NCBI RefSeq assembly: GCF_049075655.1
Contig: NZ_CP157522.1
Location: 1,408,001-1,472,000 of the forward strand
Length of the DNA stretch: 64,000 nt
Origin: Methanothermococcus sp. Ax23
GTDB taxonomy: Archaea; AGJL01; Methanococci; Methanococcales; Methanococcaceae
Reading direction: 5' to 3'
Shown: piece by piece, positions 1-10,401 of the stretch
Position numbering within the stretch: position 1 is the first letter of the stretch
Layout of the letters: the number at the start of each line of letters is the position of its first letter
Made by a program: the position numbers and the translations under genes
Notes under the pieces: generated by a model
Told to the model about the DNA's origin: nothing
Seen by the model: the letters and a program-made list of their open reading frames with translations, nothing else
The model's database searches: none

Positions 1-1
1 A

Positions 2-412
2 CCCAATAACTTAGATGCTAAAAGTTTATTATTTGCAAAACTAATTCGTGATGCAGATAAACTGGATATTTGGCGTGTTGTGATTGATTATTATGAAAAA
101 AAATCAGACAATGAAAAAATTGGGCTTGGATTTTTGGATGAACCATATATCTCTGATGAAACATACTACGCTGTAAAAAATAAGGAAATTGTGGGATATG
201 AGAAAGTAAAAACCATCAATGATTTAAAATTGCTCCAAATGGCATGGATTTATGATATAAACTTCCATAGAACCTTTGAAATAATAAAGGAAAGAAATTA
301 TTTAAAAAGGATATATAATACATTGCCAAAATCTGAAAAAACATATAATATTTATAAAGACATGAAAAACTATCTAAATAATATATTAAAGAATAACATA
401 AGAAAAAAATGA
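2..412 (+). CDS. HD-domain phosphohydrolase, C-terminal part (5' truncated by window edge)
   Basis: Frame open from base 2: PNNLDAKSLLFAKLIRDADKLDIW; IRDADKLD is the HD-domain C-terminal motif. Confidence 0.7.
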   Translation, partial: PNNLDAKSLLFAKLIRDADKLDIWRVVIDYYEKKSDNEKIGLGFLDEPYISDETYYAVKNKEIVGYEKVKTINDLKLLQMAWIYDINFHRTFEIIKERNYLKRIYNTLPKSEKTYNIYKDMKNYLNNILKNNIRKK

Positions 413-452
413 AAAGAAAAAATAAATAAATAAAAATAAATTTGATGATACT

Positions 453-839
453 ATGGATTTATTTCATTCAAAATATAAAACACTAAAATACAATCGAGAT
501 ATGGTAATTAAAATAAGCGGTGAGCTCTTCCCAGATGAGCTCTGTGAAAGATGTGGTAGGTGTTGCATAGTAAATGTTTTTAAGGATTCGGACGGCGTTC
601 CTGTAATAATCTACTGTGAGCATTTTGATAAAGAAACGAAACTATGTAGAATATACTACGACAGATTTAAAAAAGAAAAAACCTGCCTATCCATGATGGA
701 AGCAATAATGGCTCAGGCGTTGCCTAAGGACTGCCCTTATGTAAAAAATTTAAAAAACTACATAGAACCGAGATGCTATGAACTGTTAAGGAGCTATGAA
801 AAAACAATGAAAAAAGAAATAACCGAAGGGGAAGAGTAA
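453..839 (+). CDS. YkgJ-like cysteine-cluster (CxxCxxCC) protein
   Basis: CERCGRCC...CEHFD...LCRIY...C pattern. Confidence 0.7.
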   Translation: MDLFHSKYKTLKYNRDMVIKISGELFPDELCERCGRCCIVNVFKDSDGVPVIIYCEHFDKETKLCRIYYDRFKKEKTCLSMMEAIMAQALPKDCPYVKNLKNYIEPRCYELLRSYEKTMKKEITEGEE

Positions 840-843
840 TAAT

Positions 844-1578
844 TTATATACTCGTAAGATACCCCCTGAGCTCGTCAATAGTCATTCTCTCCTTTGCATG
901 TTCTATTGGTATGATGTATATGAATTTTGGTTTATGGGGCTCCCCTTTTAACCCCAATATTATTACATCAACTTCTGGTTTATTATCATACAATCGTATA
1001 ATTTCATTTATTGGATAGGATTTCTTATAAACGGGATAAACTAATTTATCATTATAATACAGTAAATTATTTTCAAATTTAAGCCCCTTTTCTATCAAGT
1101 ATGTAATGAACCCTTTTGTTTCTGAATCTTCTGGAATAATCTTAATACCATCTTCTTCAATTGCTATTGGAGGTATTTCTTTTATCATATTATTGTCTTT
1201 ATCATCTTTATTATTATCTTTTACAGATATTGTTAATTTGCTTTCTTCTGGCTTTTGTCCTTTCTTTTTATTTTGTATTCCCTGTTTTTTCTCCTTTTCG
1301 GATTCTATTGAAATGGATTTTGCAAAATGTATTTTTACCTCTCCGTTTTGTGATTCATTCTTTATTTTTATTTTCTTCTTATTAATATTCTTTATAAATT
1401 CTTTAATAGATTTTTTAAACTTTCTATATCCTAAATAAATCAATATCAATAATACTGCTCCGATGAATAGGGGCGATAGAAGTATTGCCAAAATCATTAG
1501 TAAAGTGAGCAGTAATAATATAGCAATAATCCCAGAAACCCCATCTAATCGATATACTTTAAACATATTATCACACAT
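844..1578 (-). CDS. Hypothetical membrane-anchored protein
   Basis: N-terminal hydrophobic hairpin, charged linker, soluble C-terminal domain. Confidence 0.6.
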   Translation of the reverse strand: MCDNMFKVYRLDGVSGIIAILLLLTLLMILAILLSPLFIGAVLLILIYLGYRKFKKSIKEFIKNINKKKIKIKNESQNGEVKIHFAKSISIESEKEKKQGIQNKKKGQKPEESKLTISVKDNNKDDKDNNMIKEIPPIAIEEDGIKIIPEDSETKGFITYLIEKGLKFENNLLYYNDKLVYPVYKKSYPINEIIRLYDNKPEVDVIILGLKGEPHKPKFIYIIPIEHAKERMTIDELRGYLTSI

Positions 1579-1605
1579 TAACTTAATATTTATATTTATA
1601 TAAAT

Positions 1606-2580
1606 CTAAAACCACGATTCAAGAGTGGTTTGGCTTTTTTTCTTATTGACCATTTTTTCCAGTTTTTTAATAGATGGCATAATTCTATCCTCTGAAAAAT
1701 CATTCTCTTCAATTAAAAATTCTTTTAATCCTTCAATGTCGGGAGCTCCCAATTTCAAATCATAATCATCAGTTATTTTTGGATTTTTAAATATATTTTT
1801 TATCACTTCATAGTTATCAATATCCTTTATATACTCTTCCATTTTATTGTTTTTTACTATATCTAATGCTTTTTTAGGACCAATTCCCTTAATGCCCCCC
1901 ATGTTATAATCCGTTCCAATCAATATTGCCATATCTATGAGATTATCAAGTGATATATTTAGAGCTCCTAAAACTTCATCCAATTCAATTAACTCCACTG
2001 GTTTGTTTGATGCCGTGATGTTTCTAACAGTTCTCGGAGCTCCGTATAATAGGGCATCGTAATCCTGACTTACAACCGCATAGGCATCTCCTTTTTTTAC
2101 CATGTATGAGCACTGTGCCTCTCCTTCTGATGGTGCATTTATGTAAGGAATTCCCATTAAATCTAAAAGCTTTTTTGAATTTTCAACAACCTTTGGTTCT
2201 AAATAATTGATTCTTTTTGCATATTTCTGCATGTCTTCTACATTCCCTTCCTCTTTTGCCTTTATATAGTCATCCAGTGCTTTTTCCTTTACCTTTTTTC
2301 TTTCCTCTCTTGTTTTAGTTTTTAATTCCGGCGGTTTTCCATCAAATACCCACACCGGCGTAATGTCATTTTCAAGCATATATACATTCTTATAAAATAT
2401 ACCGTTGTATGTTGAAGTGATTTCCCCTTTTGAATTCCTAAGGGGGCTTCCATCCCTTAACCTTATACTTGATAGAAATTGATATAATATGTTCATGGAA
2501 TCAATTGCTATGGTTTTATTCTTTAAATCCTTTAACGATATTTCTTTTTTTGGGATTAATTCATTAAACTGCACTCCCAT
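1606..2580 (-). CDS. fen: Flap endonuclease 1
   Basis: MGVQF start after GGTGA RBS; VFDG, APSEGEAQ, SQDYD, GTDYN, GIGPK motifs; C-terminal PIP box QTTLESWF. Confidence 0.97.
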   Translation of the reverse strand: MGVQFNELIPKKEISLKDLKNKTIAIDSMNILYQFLSSIRLRDGSPLRNSKGEITSTYNGIFYKNVYMLENDITPVWVFDGKPPELKTKTREERKKVKEKALDDYIKAKEEGNVEDMQKYAKRINYLEPKVVENSKKLLDLMGIPYINAPSEGEAQCSYMVKKGDAYAVVSQDYDALLYGAPRTVRNITASNKPVELIELDEVLGALNISLDNLIDMAILIGTDYNMGGIKGIGPKKALDIVKNNKMEEYIKDIDNYEVIKNIFKNPKITDDYDLKLGAPDIEGLKEFLIEENDFSEDRIMPSIKKLEKMVNKKKSQTTLESWF

Positions 2581-2773
2581 TTTATTCACCAAGATGTTTG
2601 TTAAATTCATAAAAATATGGTTTTTTGATTATTATCAGTAGTAAATTATAATTAAATTATAACATAACCTAAATTTCGTTTAAATTTCTTATTTTTTCCT
2701 TTAAATAGCATACTGAGCTCTAAATGTATGATAAAAATATTATAAATTATTATATTATTATTTATACTCATCA

Positions 2774-4027
2774 TTATATAATTATCTTCCCATTCATTAA
2801 CAAAGGCGGTGAAATAAGCTTTCCACGCTGTTCTACCCTATCCAATGGAATGGCATCTTTAAGAATTTCAAATATGTTTCCAGAAAGCATACCTTTTTTA
2901 ACTGGTATTTTTTCACCGTTTTTTACTATGTAGCTGTTGCTTATTTCAACTGAAAAGTCCCCGGTAATAGGATTTGAAGTATGGCATCCAATAAGCCCAT
3001 TTATATATAAATATTCGTCAAAATTATCGATTTTTTCAACTGGTTCTATTATAAAGTTTGAAGCTGAAACACTTGGCAAACTGCTGTATCCTCTCATTCC
3101 GTTTCCTGTGGATTCCTTTCCTTCGATATTCGCCCTTTTTATGTCATATAAATAGTTCTTTAAAACACCATCTTCCACAAGAACAGTTCTTTTTGTTGGT
3201 GTTCCTTCACCATCAACTTTGGCAGAATATAAACCATTGTCCAGAGCTCCGTCATCAATGATATTAATGTTCTCCCCAAATATTTCTTCTCCAATTTTTC
3301 CAGCAAGAACAGACCTGTTTCTCTGGACATTCTCAGCATTGAAGGATGGTATAAGCGTATATCCTAAAAGAGAACTTAACGCCCTTGTGGTTAATACAAT
3401 ATTTCCTTCGTATTCGGTTTTAATGCTCTTTGGTAGTGTCAGTAGTTCTTTAACGGTATTTGCTATTTCTTCAACATTAAATTTATAGGTTCTTGTTAAA
3501 TAATCATAAGCTGTTTCGTTGTCTTTTATTCCAGAAATTGATGCTGAATAGTGTGTAAATTCCTCTTCAACATCCAATCCTTTTGAATTTACTATTCTAT
3601 TGTATTCATAGGATTTACTTACGCCTCCGCCTGTAATGGTAATGCCACTTTCCGCCAATATATCTTTCATGGTGATTAAATCATCTATAAGCTCTTTTTC
3701 ATCCATATTTATAATATCTTTGTAAAACATCCCCTTTGGATTTGGATATTTTTCTGCGAGCTCCGGGAAGTTGGTATATTCATCGGGAACAAGGTTTTCC
3801 ATAGCTTTATAAATTACCTTTTCATTTTCTTCCGATGAAAATGCAAAGCCAATTTTTTTATCCTTTAATACCCTTACACCAATGCCGAAATCCTTATTTT
3901 CTTCCACACTGTCTAAACTATCTCCATCTAAATCTGCACTTGTGCTGTCTGATTTTGATAAAAAAATATCTACTTCAAAACCGTTTTTTTCTCCGATTTT
4001 TAATATTTTATCTATTAAATGTTCCAT
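2774..4027 (-). CDS. TldD/PmbA family protein
   Basis: DGEGTP, GVLKNYL, STGNG, NPITGDFS motifs. Confidence 0.9.
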   Translation of the reverse strand: MEHLIDKILKIGEKNGFEVDIFLSKSDSTSADLDGDSLDSVEENKDFGIGVRVLKDKKIGFAFSSEENEKVIYKAMENLVPDEYTNFPELAEKYPNPKGMFYKDIINMDEKELIDDLITMKDILAESGITITGGGVSKSYEYNRIVNSKGLDVEEEFTHYSASISGIKDNETAYDYLTRTYKFNVEEIANTVKELLTLPKSIKTEYEGNIVLTTRALSSLLGYTLIPSFNAENVQRNRSVLAGKIGEEIFGENINIIDDGALDNGLYSAKVDGEGTPTKRTVLVEDGVLKNYLYDIKRANIEGKESTGNGMRGYSSLPSVSASNFIIEPVEKIDNFDEYLYINGLIGCHTSNPITGDFSVEISNSYIVKNGEKIPVKKGMLSGNIFEILKDAIPLDRVEQRGKLISPPLLMNGKIII

Positions 4028-4110
4028 AATTACACCTAAAAATCTTTTAAAAAATAAAAAAGAAAAAATAAAATTTTTATAAAAAATAATAAATAAAGTA
4101 TTAATAAAAA

Positions 4111-5361
4111 TTATTCAAATACAAACTCAATTTCTGACAGTCTTCTTTTTACTTCATTTAATATTCTGTCTTCTTCTTCCTCTGATACTTCTCCATCTTT
4201 AAATGCTGGGAAACATGCCGCTAATCTTACAAAGCTTCCTGCATCATCCCATGGAACTGTTGAAATTAGCTTTTCTTTTATTAAATACTGTGAGAACTCC
4301 TCAGCGTTGTTGAATACGATGCCGTCCTTTGTTCCTTTTGGTATTTTTAAGTATAGATAGAATGTTCCGCCCGGCATTTTAGCATCAAATCCTAATTCAT
4401 TGAATATCTCTACCATCTTTTTTAATCTTCTTTCGTATTTCTGTCTTGTTCTTTCGGTGATTTCTGGATGCTTTAAACAGTATATTCCTGCCTTTTGAAT
4501 TGGTATAAACTGACCACTATCGAAATTATCCTTAACTGTTGCAAAACCTTTTACTATTAACTCGTTTCCAACTACAAATGCCAATCTCCAACCTGTCATG
4601 TTGTATGCCTTTGAGAAACTGTGGATTTCCACACCAACATCCTTTGCACCATCTACTGATAAAAATGATAATGGCTTACCGTTGTAGGTGAGAGCTCCGT
4701 AAGCTGCATCCTGAACAACAATTATGTTGTTTTCTTTTGCAAATTCAACAACTTCCTTGTAAAATTCCACAGTTGCCTGAGCTCCGGTGGGGTTGTTTGG
4801 GTAGTTTAAGTATAATATTTTTGCCCTCTTTTTTACGTCCTCTGGGATGCTTTCTAAATCTGGTAAAAATCCATTTTCTTCAAGCAATGGGAGTTTATAA
4901 ACTTCTCCACCATACCATTCTGTGTGTGTGGCAGTTACTGGATAACCTGGAACAGTCATAAGTGTAATATCTCCCGGATTTATGAAAACTGATGTAATGT
5001 ATGCCAATGCTGGTTTTGAGCCAATTGAGTGTATTACTTCATTTACTGGGTCAATACCTTTAACGCCATATACATTTTCCATATATTCAACAACAGCATC
5101 CTTTAACTCTTGAATTCCGTTGTCTGCGTATCCTCTGTTTTCGTGTTTTTTCGCCTCTTCATATAATGTTTCTATTACTTCTGGGTCTGCCATTTCGTCA
5201 GGTTCCCCAACTCCCATGTCTATCAATTCAACATCTGGAAACCTTTTTTTTGCTTCCATCTTTGCTCTTTTTATCTTTTCAAACTTGTAAATTACATCCT
5301 CTTTACCGAAATTTTTTCCTCCAATTCTCTCAGCAAATAGATTTTGAATATAGCTTTCCAT
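4111..5361 (-). CDS. dapL: LL-diaminopimelate aminotransferase
   Basis: Class I PLP motifs NYPNNPTG, DAAY, SFSKAYNMTGWR; N-terminus FAERIGG typical of DapL2. Confidence 0.88.
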   Translation of the reverse strand: MESYIQNLFAERIGGKNFGKEDVIYKFEKIKRAKMEAKKRFPDVELIDMGVGEPDEMADPEVIETLYEEAKKHENRGYADNGIQELKDAVVEYMENVYGVKGIDPVNEVIHSIGSKPALAYITSVFINPGDITLMTVPGYPVTATHTEWYGGEVYKLPLLEENGFLPDLESIPEDVKKRAKILYLNYPNNPTGAQATVEFYKEVVEFAKENNIIVVQDAAYGALTYNGKPLSFLSVDGAKDVGVEIHSFSKAYNMTGWRLAFVVGNELIVKGFATVKDNFDSGQFIPIQKAGIYCLKHPEITERTRQKYERRLKKMVEIFNELGFDAKMPGGTFYLYLKIPKGTKDGIVFNNAEEFSQYLIKEKLISTVPWDDAGSFVRLAACFPAFKDGEVSEEEEDRILNEVKRRLSEIEFVFE

Positions 5362-5529
5362 ATTAACACCTTATTTTAATTTTATTATAGGATTTGTTAT
5401 GTTATTTTATTAATTATATTATTTTTTATTAATTTTACTATTCTTATAATATTATATTTCTATTTTTTTATGTTGTATTTAATTATATATTTATTTATAA
5501 AATTTAAATATCATCATTGTTTTATTATA

Positions 5530-6571
5530 ACCTTAGTTCCCATCAAACATATAACTATATAAATGTAGTAGCAATAATCCAATAAAAAAGGAGATAAAAA
5601 TATGTTTATGTTTCCATTTTTAGCAAGTTGGATAAAGTGTAGTAGTAATAATCTAATAAAAAAGGAGATAAAAATGAAAAAATCAAAGGTTCCTAATATT
5701 AAGCGTTTGATTCAAATTATGCGTTCCAAATTTTATCCAATTATAAGGAGGTATGAATCACCATACCTCCGCAGAGAAATTATATCGCTCTTGGACTTAA
5801 TAATCTTTTCGGTTTTATGTATGATATACTTCTCAGGAGTATATAAGAGAGGGTACGAAATTTTAATAGATGCTTTTGAATTATTTCCAAAAATAAGATA
5901 TAACAAACTGGTTGAACGGATAAATAGGTATGAATCTTTATTATTTAAAATTCAAAAAACATTTCTGAATAAGAACTGCCTATTGTTTATAGATACGATT
6001 CCAATTGAAACTAAGCAGATTATAAGAAAGAACAGGCATGAAAAAATTGGATACTCAGAAATCATTAAAAAAGGGGTGCAGTTGGATACAATTCTTCAAA
6101 AAAACGCTGGTATTTTGGATATAAAGCTACCGTTATTACAGACGAGGCTCACTTGTATCTACTGTATATTACACCTGCCAATCAGCATGATTTAGATATC
6201 TTAAAAGAAAACCACAAAGAATTTATTAAAGAATTCAGTTATTGCAGTATTATAGGAGATAAGGGTTATATCTCCGAGTATTTTAAAAACCAGTTAAGAC
6301 ATAACCATGTCTATTTAGACAGTATAAAACGAAGAAATATGCTTAAATCCTTCACAGAAAAGATAAAATACCGTAGATTAAATAAGTTAAGAAGGATAAT
6401 TGAAACAAACTTCTCAAAGTTTGTTGAGAAGTTTCCAAAACATATTAGGGCAGTAAGTAAGAATGGTTTAAGTGTTAAACTCTTACTCTTCACAATTGCT
6501 TATAATATTGAAATATTAAATGAAGTTAATTTATATTAATAAATATTTAAGTATGTGATGGGAACTACGGT
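5530..6571 (+). mobile_element. IS982-family insertion sequence
   Basis: Terminal IRs ACCTTAGTTCCCATCA / ACCGTAGTTCCCATCA (15/16), 7-bp target duplication TATTATA (5523-5529, 6572-6578), ~1 kb. Confidence 0.85.
5674..6539 (+). pseudogene. IS982 DDE transposase split by a -1 frameshift near 6067-6076
   Basis: IDTIP in frame 1; GYNSSKKRWYFGYK, ANQHD, GDKGY, RRIIETNFS in the -1 frame; junction at AAAAAAGGGG. Confidence 0.8.
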
Positions 6572-6688
6572 TATTATATTAATTGTAGTTATACCGCACA
6601 TATAATTTTTTTATAATTTTTTTATAATTTGTATTCTTGTATTATAATCTTGTATTATAATTAATATAATATTAATATCGGTGAAATT

Positions 6689-8122
6689 ATGAAGATTGTA
6701 GTCGTAGGTGGGGGAACATCGGGTTTGTTATCCGCCCTAGCACTTGAAAAGAAAGGTCATGATGTAATAGTCCTTGAAAAAGATAAAATTGGCGGATTAT
6801 GTAGAAGCGAGCATATAGATGGTTATACTGTTGATATTGGAGTTCATGCCATTACTATGTTAAATGATGGACCGTTGATAAGGTTGTTAAAAAAATATTC
6901 AAAATATCTTCCAAATTTTAGACCTTATGGGGATTATTATATCAGAACTGATAAATTACATAATATACCTGTGTCTATGCAGGAATGGACAACCACCCCA
7001 ATAGTCCCAAACAGGGATAAGATTTTAATTACCACAAAAATAATAGATTTGATGACAAGTGGTTTTTCAAAGGAAACTTCTGTTTATGATGTAATTAAGG
7101 ATATGAATTTAAGCAAAACATCAATTGATTTTTTTGATACAATATGTTATTTTTTAAGTGGGGAAGATGCTAAAAAAACACCACTGTGGAGATTATTCAC
7201 CGGTGCAGGATATATACCAGAAGATGACATATTGCCTTTTATATATGAAGATTTAAAAATAAACCCATTAAAAACCGTATTATTCAAAAAATTTAACAGA
7301 AATAAAATTATGGACATATTAAACGCTGGTTTTTTATCATCCATAAAAAGTGGTTCTAAAAGATATATCAATAAATTTATAAATAAAAACAGATACTGGA
7401 CTCAGGGTTATCCTCTCGGAGGAGTTCAATCCATTTGTAATTGTATATTGTATTCCTTAGATAAAACTGATATAAAACAGGAAGAAGTTAAAAAAATCAT
7501 TGAAACGAGCAATAAAAATAATAAAAATAATAAAAATGGCTATATTGTTAAAACCAATAAAAACAGCTATTATGCGGATGTTGTGATATATTCCGCTCCA
7601 TCTAGATTACTCCCAGATATTGCAAAAATACCTGAAATTCAAAAAAATAAACACAATTTAAAAAATATAAAATTCACAGAATCATTAACTGTTTGGATAG
7701 GTCATGAAGAGAACCCATTCCCATATATGGGTTCAGAGGTTTGGATAGATTATCCGTGCTGGGCAACATGCACCTCAAATTACGATAAAAGTTTAGCACC
7801 AGATGGAAAACATTTGCTGGGATTCTCTTTTGTTAATACAAAAAAAGAGGATGCTTTGAATATTATAGAAAATAAATTAAATCTAAATCTAAGTAAAGCG
7901 GATATGATTCATTTTCAGGAGCATATTCCTGAGCAGGCATCCTGTGCAGTTAATCAATTCTTTGTTTATCCAAAAGTGAGGGATAATTTTTATGTAGTTG
8001 GAACAGATGCCGACCCAAGAAGTATGGGTATTACAAGAGCTGCATATTCTGTTGAGGTAATGTTATCAGAGTTCGAAAATACATTCAGCAAAAATAACAA
8101 TAATGATAAAGAACAGCAATAA
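6689..8122 (+). CDS. FAD-dependent oxidoreductase (phytoene desaturase/amine oxidase family)
   Basis: GGGTSG Rossmann motif, LEKDKIGG, YPLGG, SLAPDGKHL. Confidence 0.85.
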   Translation: MKIVVVGGGTSGLLSALALEKKGHDVIVLEKDKIGGLCRSEHIDGYTVDIGVHAITMLNDGPLIRLLKKYSKYLPNFRPYGDYYIRTDKLHNIPVSMQEWTTTPIVPNRDKILITTKIIDLMTSGFSKETSVYDVIKDMNLSKTSIDFFDTICYFLSGEDAKKTPLWRLFTGAGYIPEDDILPFIYEDLKINPLKTVLFKKFNRNKIMDILNAGFLSSIKSGSKRYINKFINKNRYWTQGYPLGGVQSICNCILYSLDKTDIKQEEVKKIIETSNKNNKNNKNGYIVKTNKNSYYADVVIYSAPSRLLPDIAKIPEIQKNKHNLKNIKFTESLTVWIGHEENPFPYMGSEVWIDYPCWATCTSNYDKSLAPDGKHLLGFSFVNTKKEDALNIIENKLNLNLSKADMIHFQEHIPEQASCAVNQFFVYPKVRDNFYVVGTDADPRSMGITRAAYSVEVMLSEFENTFSKNNNNDKEQQ

Positions 8123-8234
8123 TAACGAAAATAACAAGGATAAAATTAAATTAGATAAAAAATTAATATAAAATAAAATATAAAAAATAAATAAAAGATA
8201 AAAAAGAAAAAGAAAAAATAAAAACGGTGATATT

Positions 8235-8786
8235 GTGAAATTATTAGAGGATACCTTAAAATCATGCCCAATTGTAAAAAGAGGAATATATAACTACTTC
8301 ATACATCCAATATCTGATGGAGTTCCTGTGATGAATCCTCAGTTATTGAGGGAAGTGGCAACAAAAATTATAAAAATTGCCGATATGGATGTCGATAAAA
8401 TAGTTACGGCTGAAGCCATGGGAATACCAATTGTAACTGCAATATCTCTATATACAGATATTCCTTATGTAATCATGAGGAAAAGGGAATATTTACTTGA
8501 AGGGGAAATACCTGTTCATCAGGAGACTGGATACAGTAAAGGCGAATTATATTTAAATGGAATAAATAAGGGGGATAAAGTTTTGATAATTGATGATGTC
8601 CTATCCACAGGCGGAACAATGGTTGCAATAATCAAAGCCTTGGAAAGAGCAGGAGCTCACATAAAAGATATTGTTTGTGTAATTGAAAGAGGAAACGGTA
8701 AGGAAGAGGTAAAGGAAAAAACAGGTTATGACATAAAAACTCTTGTTAAAATAGATGTAGTAGATGGAAAAGTTATGATTTTATAA
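8235..8786 (+). CDS. hpt: Hypoxanthine/guanine phosphoribosyltransferase (archaeal)
   Basis: [19 protein letters not shown] motif [11 protein letters not shown]. Confidence 0.88.
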   Translation: MKLLEDTLKSCPIVKRGIYNYFIHPISDGVPVMNPQLLREVATKIIKIADMDVDKIVTAEAMGIPIVTAISLYTDIPYVIMRKREYLLEGEIPVHQETGYSKGELYLNGINKGDKVLIIDDVLSTGGTMVAIIKALERAGAHIKDIVCVIERGNGKEEVKEKTGYDIKTLVKIDVVDGKVMIL

Positions 8787-8829
8787 AATGATTAAATAAT
8801 AATTAAAATAAATTATTTTTTGGGATTCT

Positions 8830-9546
8830 ATGGACACTATGAGGATATTAGACATAGATTTGGATTTTTTCCTAAACAAAATAGTGTTTTGGAAAAAGGA
8901 CAATAAACGATTAAATGAAAAAGAATATATCCCCTGGAAAAAAGAAAAATTAACTGACTTTTTAGAAAATCAGTGTGGATTATCAACAAATAATAAAATC
9001 AAAGGGAGAATCATTAAAAAACATCATGAGGCATTTTACTTTTGGAAGGAGCTCATACACAAAAACGAACTTACCACACCATTTGAGGTTGTGCATGTTG
9101 ATGCCCATGCTGACTTGGGATTGGGGGATATGTCATATAAATATATCATGGAGGAGCTCCTTCATAAACCTGTAAATGAAAGGGATAGTCCTAATCCAAA
9201 ACACATTTGTGAAGGAAATTATTTGGCATTTTCAATTGCAAATAGGTGGATAGGTAAATTAACATACATCACCCATCCAAAAGGTGGAAATGACCTTTTA
9301 AAAGAGCATTTTATGAATTACGACATAAACAGTGGATACATACAAATGAAGAAAATGAAGGATGCAGATAATCCTGACAGCATCCTATCTCTTGAACCAA
9401 AGGTAAAGTTTGAAAAAATAGCCCTTGCAGATTTTAAGGATACGGGGGATTTTAACTATATTGTGTTGGCAATTTCACCGCGATATACTCCAAAACGGGC
9501 AGATGCACTTATACCAATATTTAAAAAATATATTGATGAAATATAA
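8830..9546 (+). CDS. UPF0489-like protein
   Basis: LDIDLDFF, HHEAF, VHVDAHADL, SPRYTP motifs. Confidence 0.75.
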   Translation: MDTMRILDIDLDFFLNKIVFWKKDNKRLNEKEYIPWKKEKLTDFLENQCGLSTNNKIKGRIIKKHHEAFYFWKELIHKNELTTPFEVVHVDAHADLGLGDMSYKYIMEELLHKPVNERDSPNPKHICEGNYLAFSIANRWIGKLTYITHPKGGNDLLKEHFMNYDINSGYIQMKKMKDADNPDSILSLEPKVKFEKIALADFKDTGDFNYIVLAISPRYTPKRADALIPIFKKYIDEI

Positions 9547-9681
9547 GATTAATATAATTTAATAGGTTTATAACTTAATAGTTTTAATATTTATTTATAA
9601 TTTTAATAATTATTTTGGCATGCAATTTAAAAAGATAAAAGAAAATATTTAATAAAAAATTAAAGTTAAATTTGTGATACT

Positions 9682-10296
9682 ATGACATTGAATATAAATC
9701 CAACAAAGATAATCTGCGTAGGTTTAAATTATATAGACCATGCGAAAGAATTGAATATGGAAATTCCAGAAGAGCCAATTATATTCCTAAAACCAACATC
9801 TTCAATAATATATAACAACGATAAAATAATTATGCCGAAACAATCAAATAGGGTGGATTATGAGGTAGAGCTCGCAGTGGTAATTGGTAAAAAATGTAAA
9901 AATGTAAAAAAAGAAGATGCACTAAATTACATTAAGGGATACACCATACTAAACGACATAACAGCAAGAGACCTTCAAGAAAAGGATGGACAATGGACTA
10001 GGGCAAAATCATTTGACACATTCTGCCCAATAGGTCCAAAAATAGTTAAAAACATCGATTCACATAATCTAAACATTCAGTTAAAAGTGAATGGGGAAAT
10101 AAAACAAAAGTCTAACACAAAAAATATGATTTTTACCGTTGAAGAATTGATAGAATTCATATCCTCCATTATGACATTATATCCCGATGATGTAATTTCA
10201 ACGGGAACTCCTCCAGGTGTCGGAAAATTAAATAATGGAGATATTGTTGAGGCAGAAATTGAAAATATAGGAATTTTGAGAAATTATGTAGTCTGA
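9682..10296 (+). CDS. Fumarylacetoacetate hydrolase family protein
   Basis: CVGLNYIDH, DYEVEL, NDITARD, KSFDTFCP, TGTPPGVG. Confidence 0.93.
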   Translation: MTLNINPTKIICVGLNYIDHAKELNMEIPEEPIIFLKPTSSIIYNNDKIIMPKQSNRVDYEVELAVVIGKKCKNVKKEDALNYIKGYTILNDITARDLQEKDGQWTRAKSFDTFCPIGPKIVKNIDSHNLNIQLKVNGEIKQKSNTKNMIFTVEELIEFISSIMTLYPDDVISTGTPPGVGKLNNGDIVEAEIENIGILRNYVV

Positions 10297-10380
10297 CCCA
10301 CTCCAACGAATAAATTCGTTGGGTTCATTTGTGGAGTTTAACCTTACAATAGTGGCCAAGCCCCTGCCCTTACTCATTAA
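10293..10380 (-). mobile_element. Isolated right-end fragment of family-1 IS200/IS605-type MITE
   Basis: Reverse strand GGGCTTGGCCACT...GAACCCAACGAATTTATTCGTTGGAGTGGGTCAG matches right ends at 10684, 15541, 49328; inner boundary approximate. Confidence 0.8.
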
Positions 10381-10401
10381 TGTATTAAATAATTTATTTA
10401 C

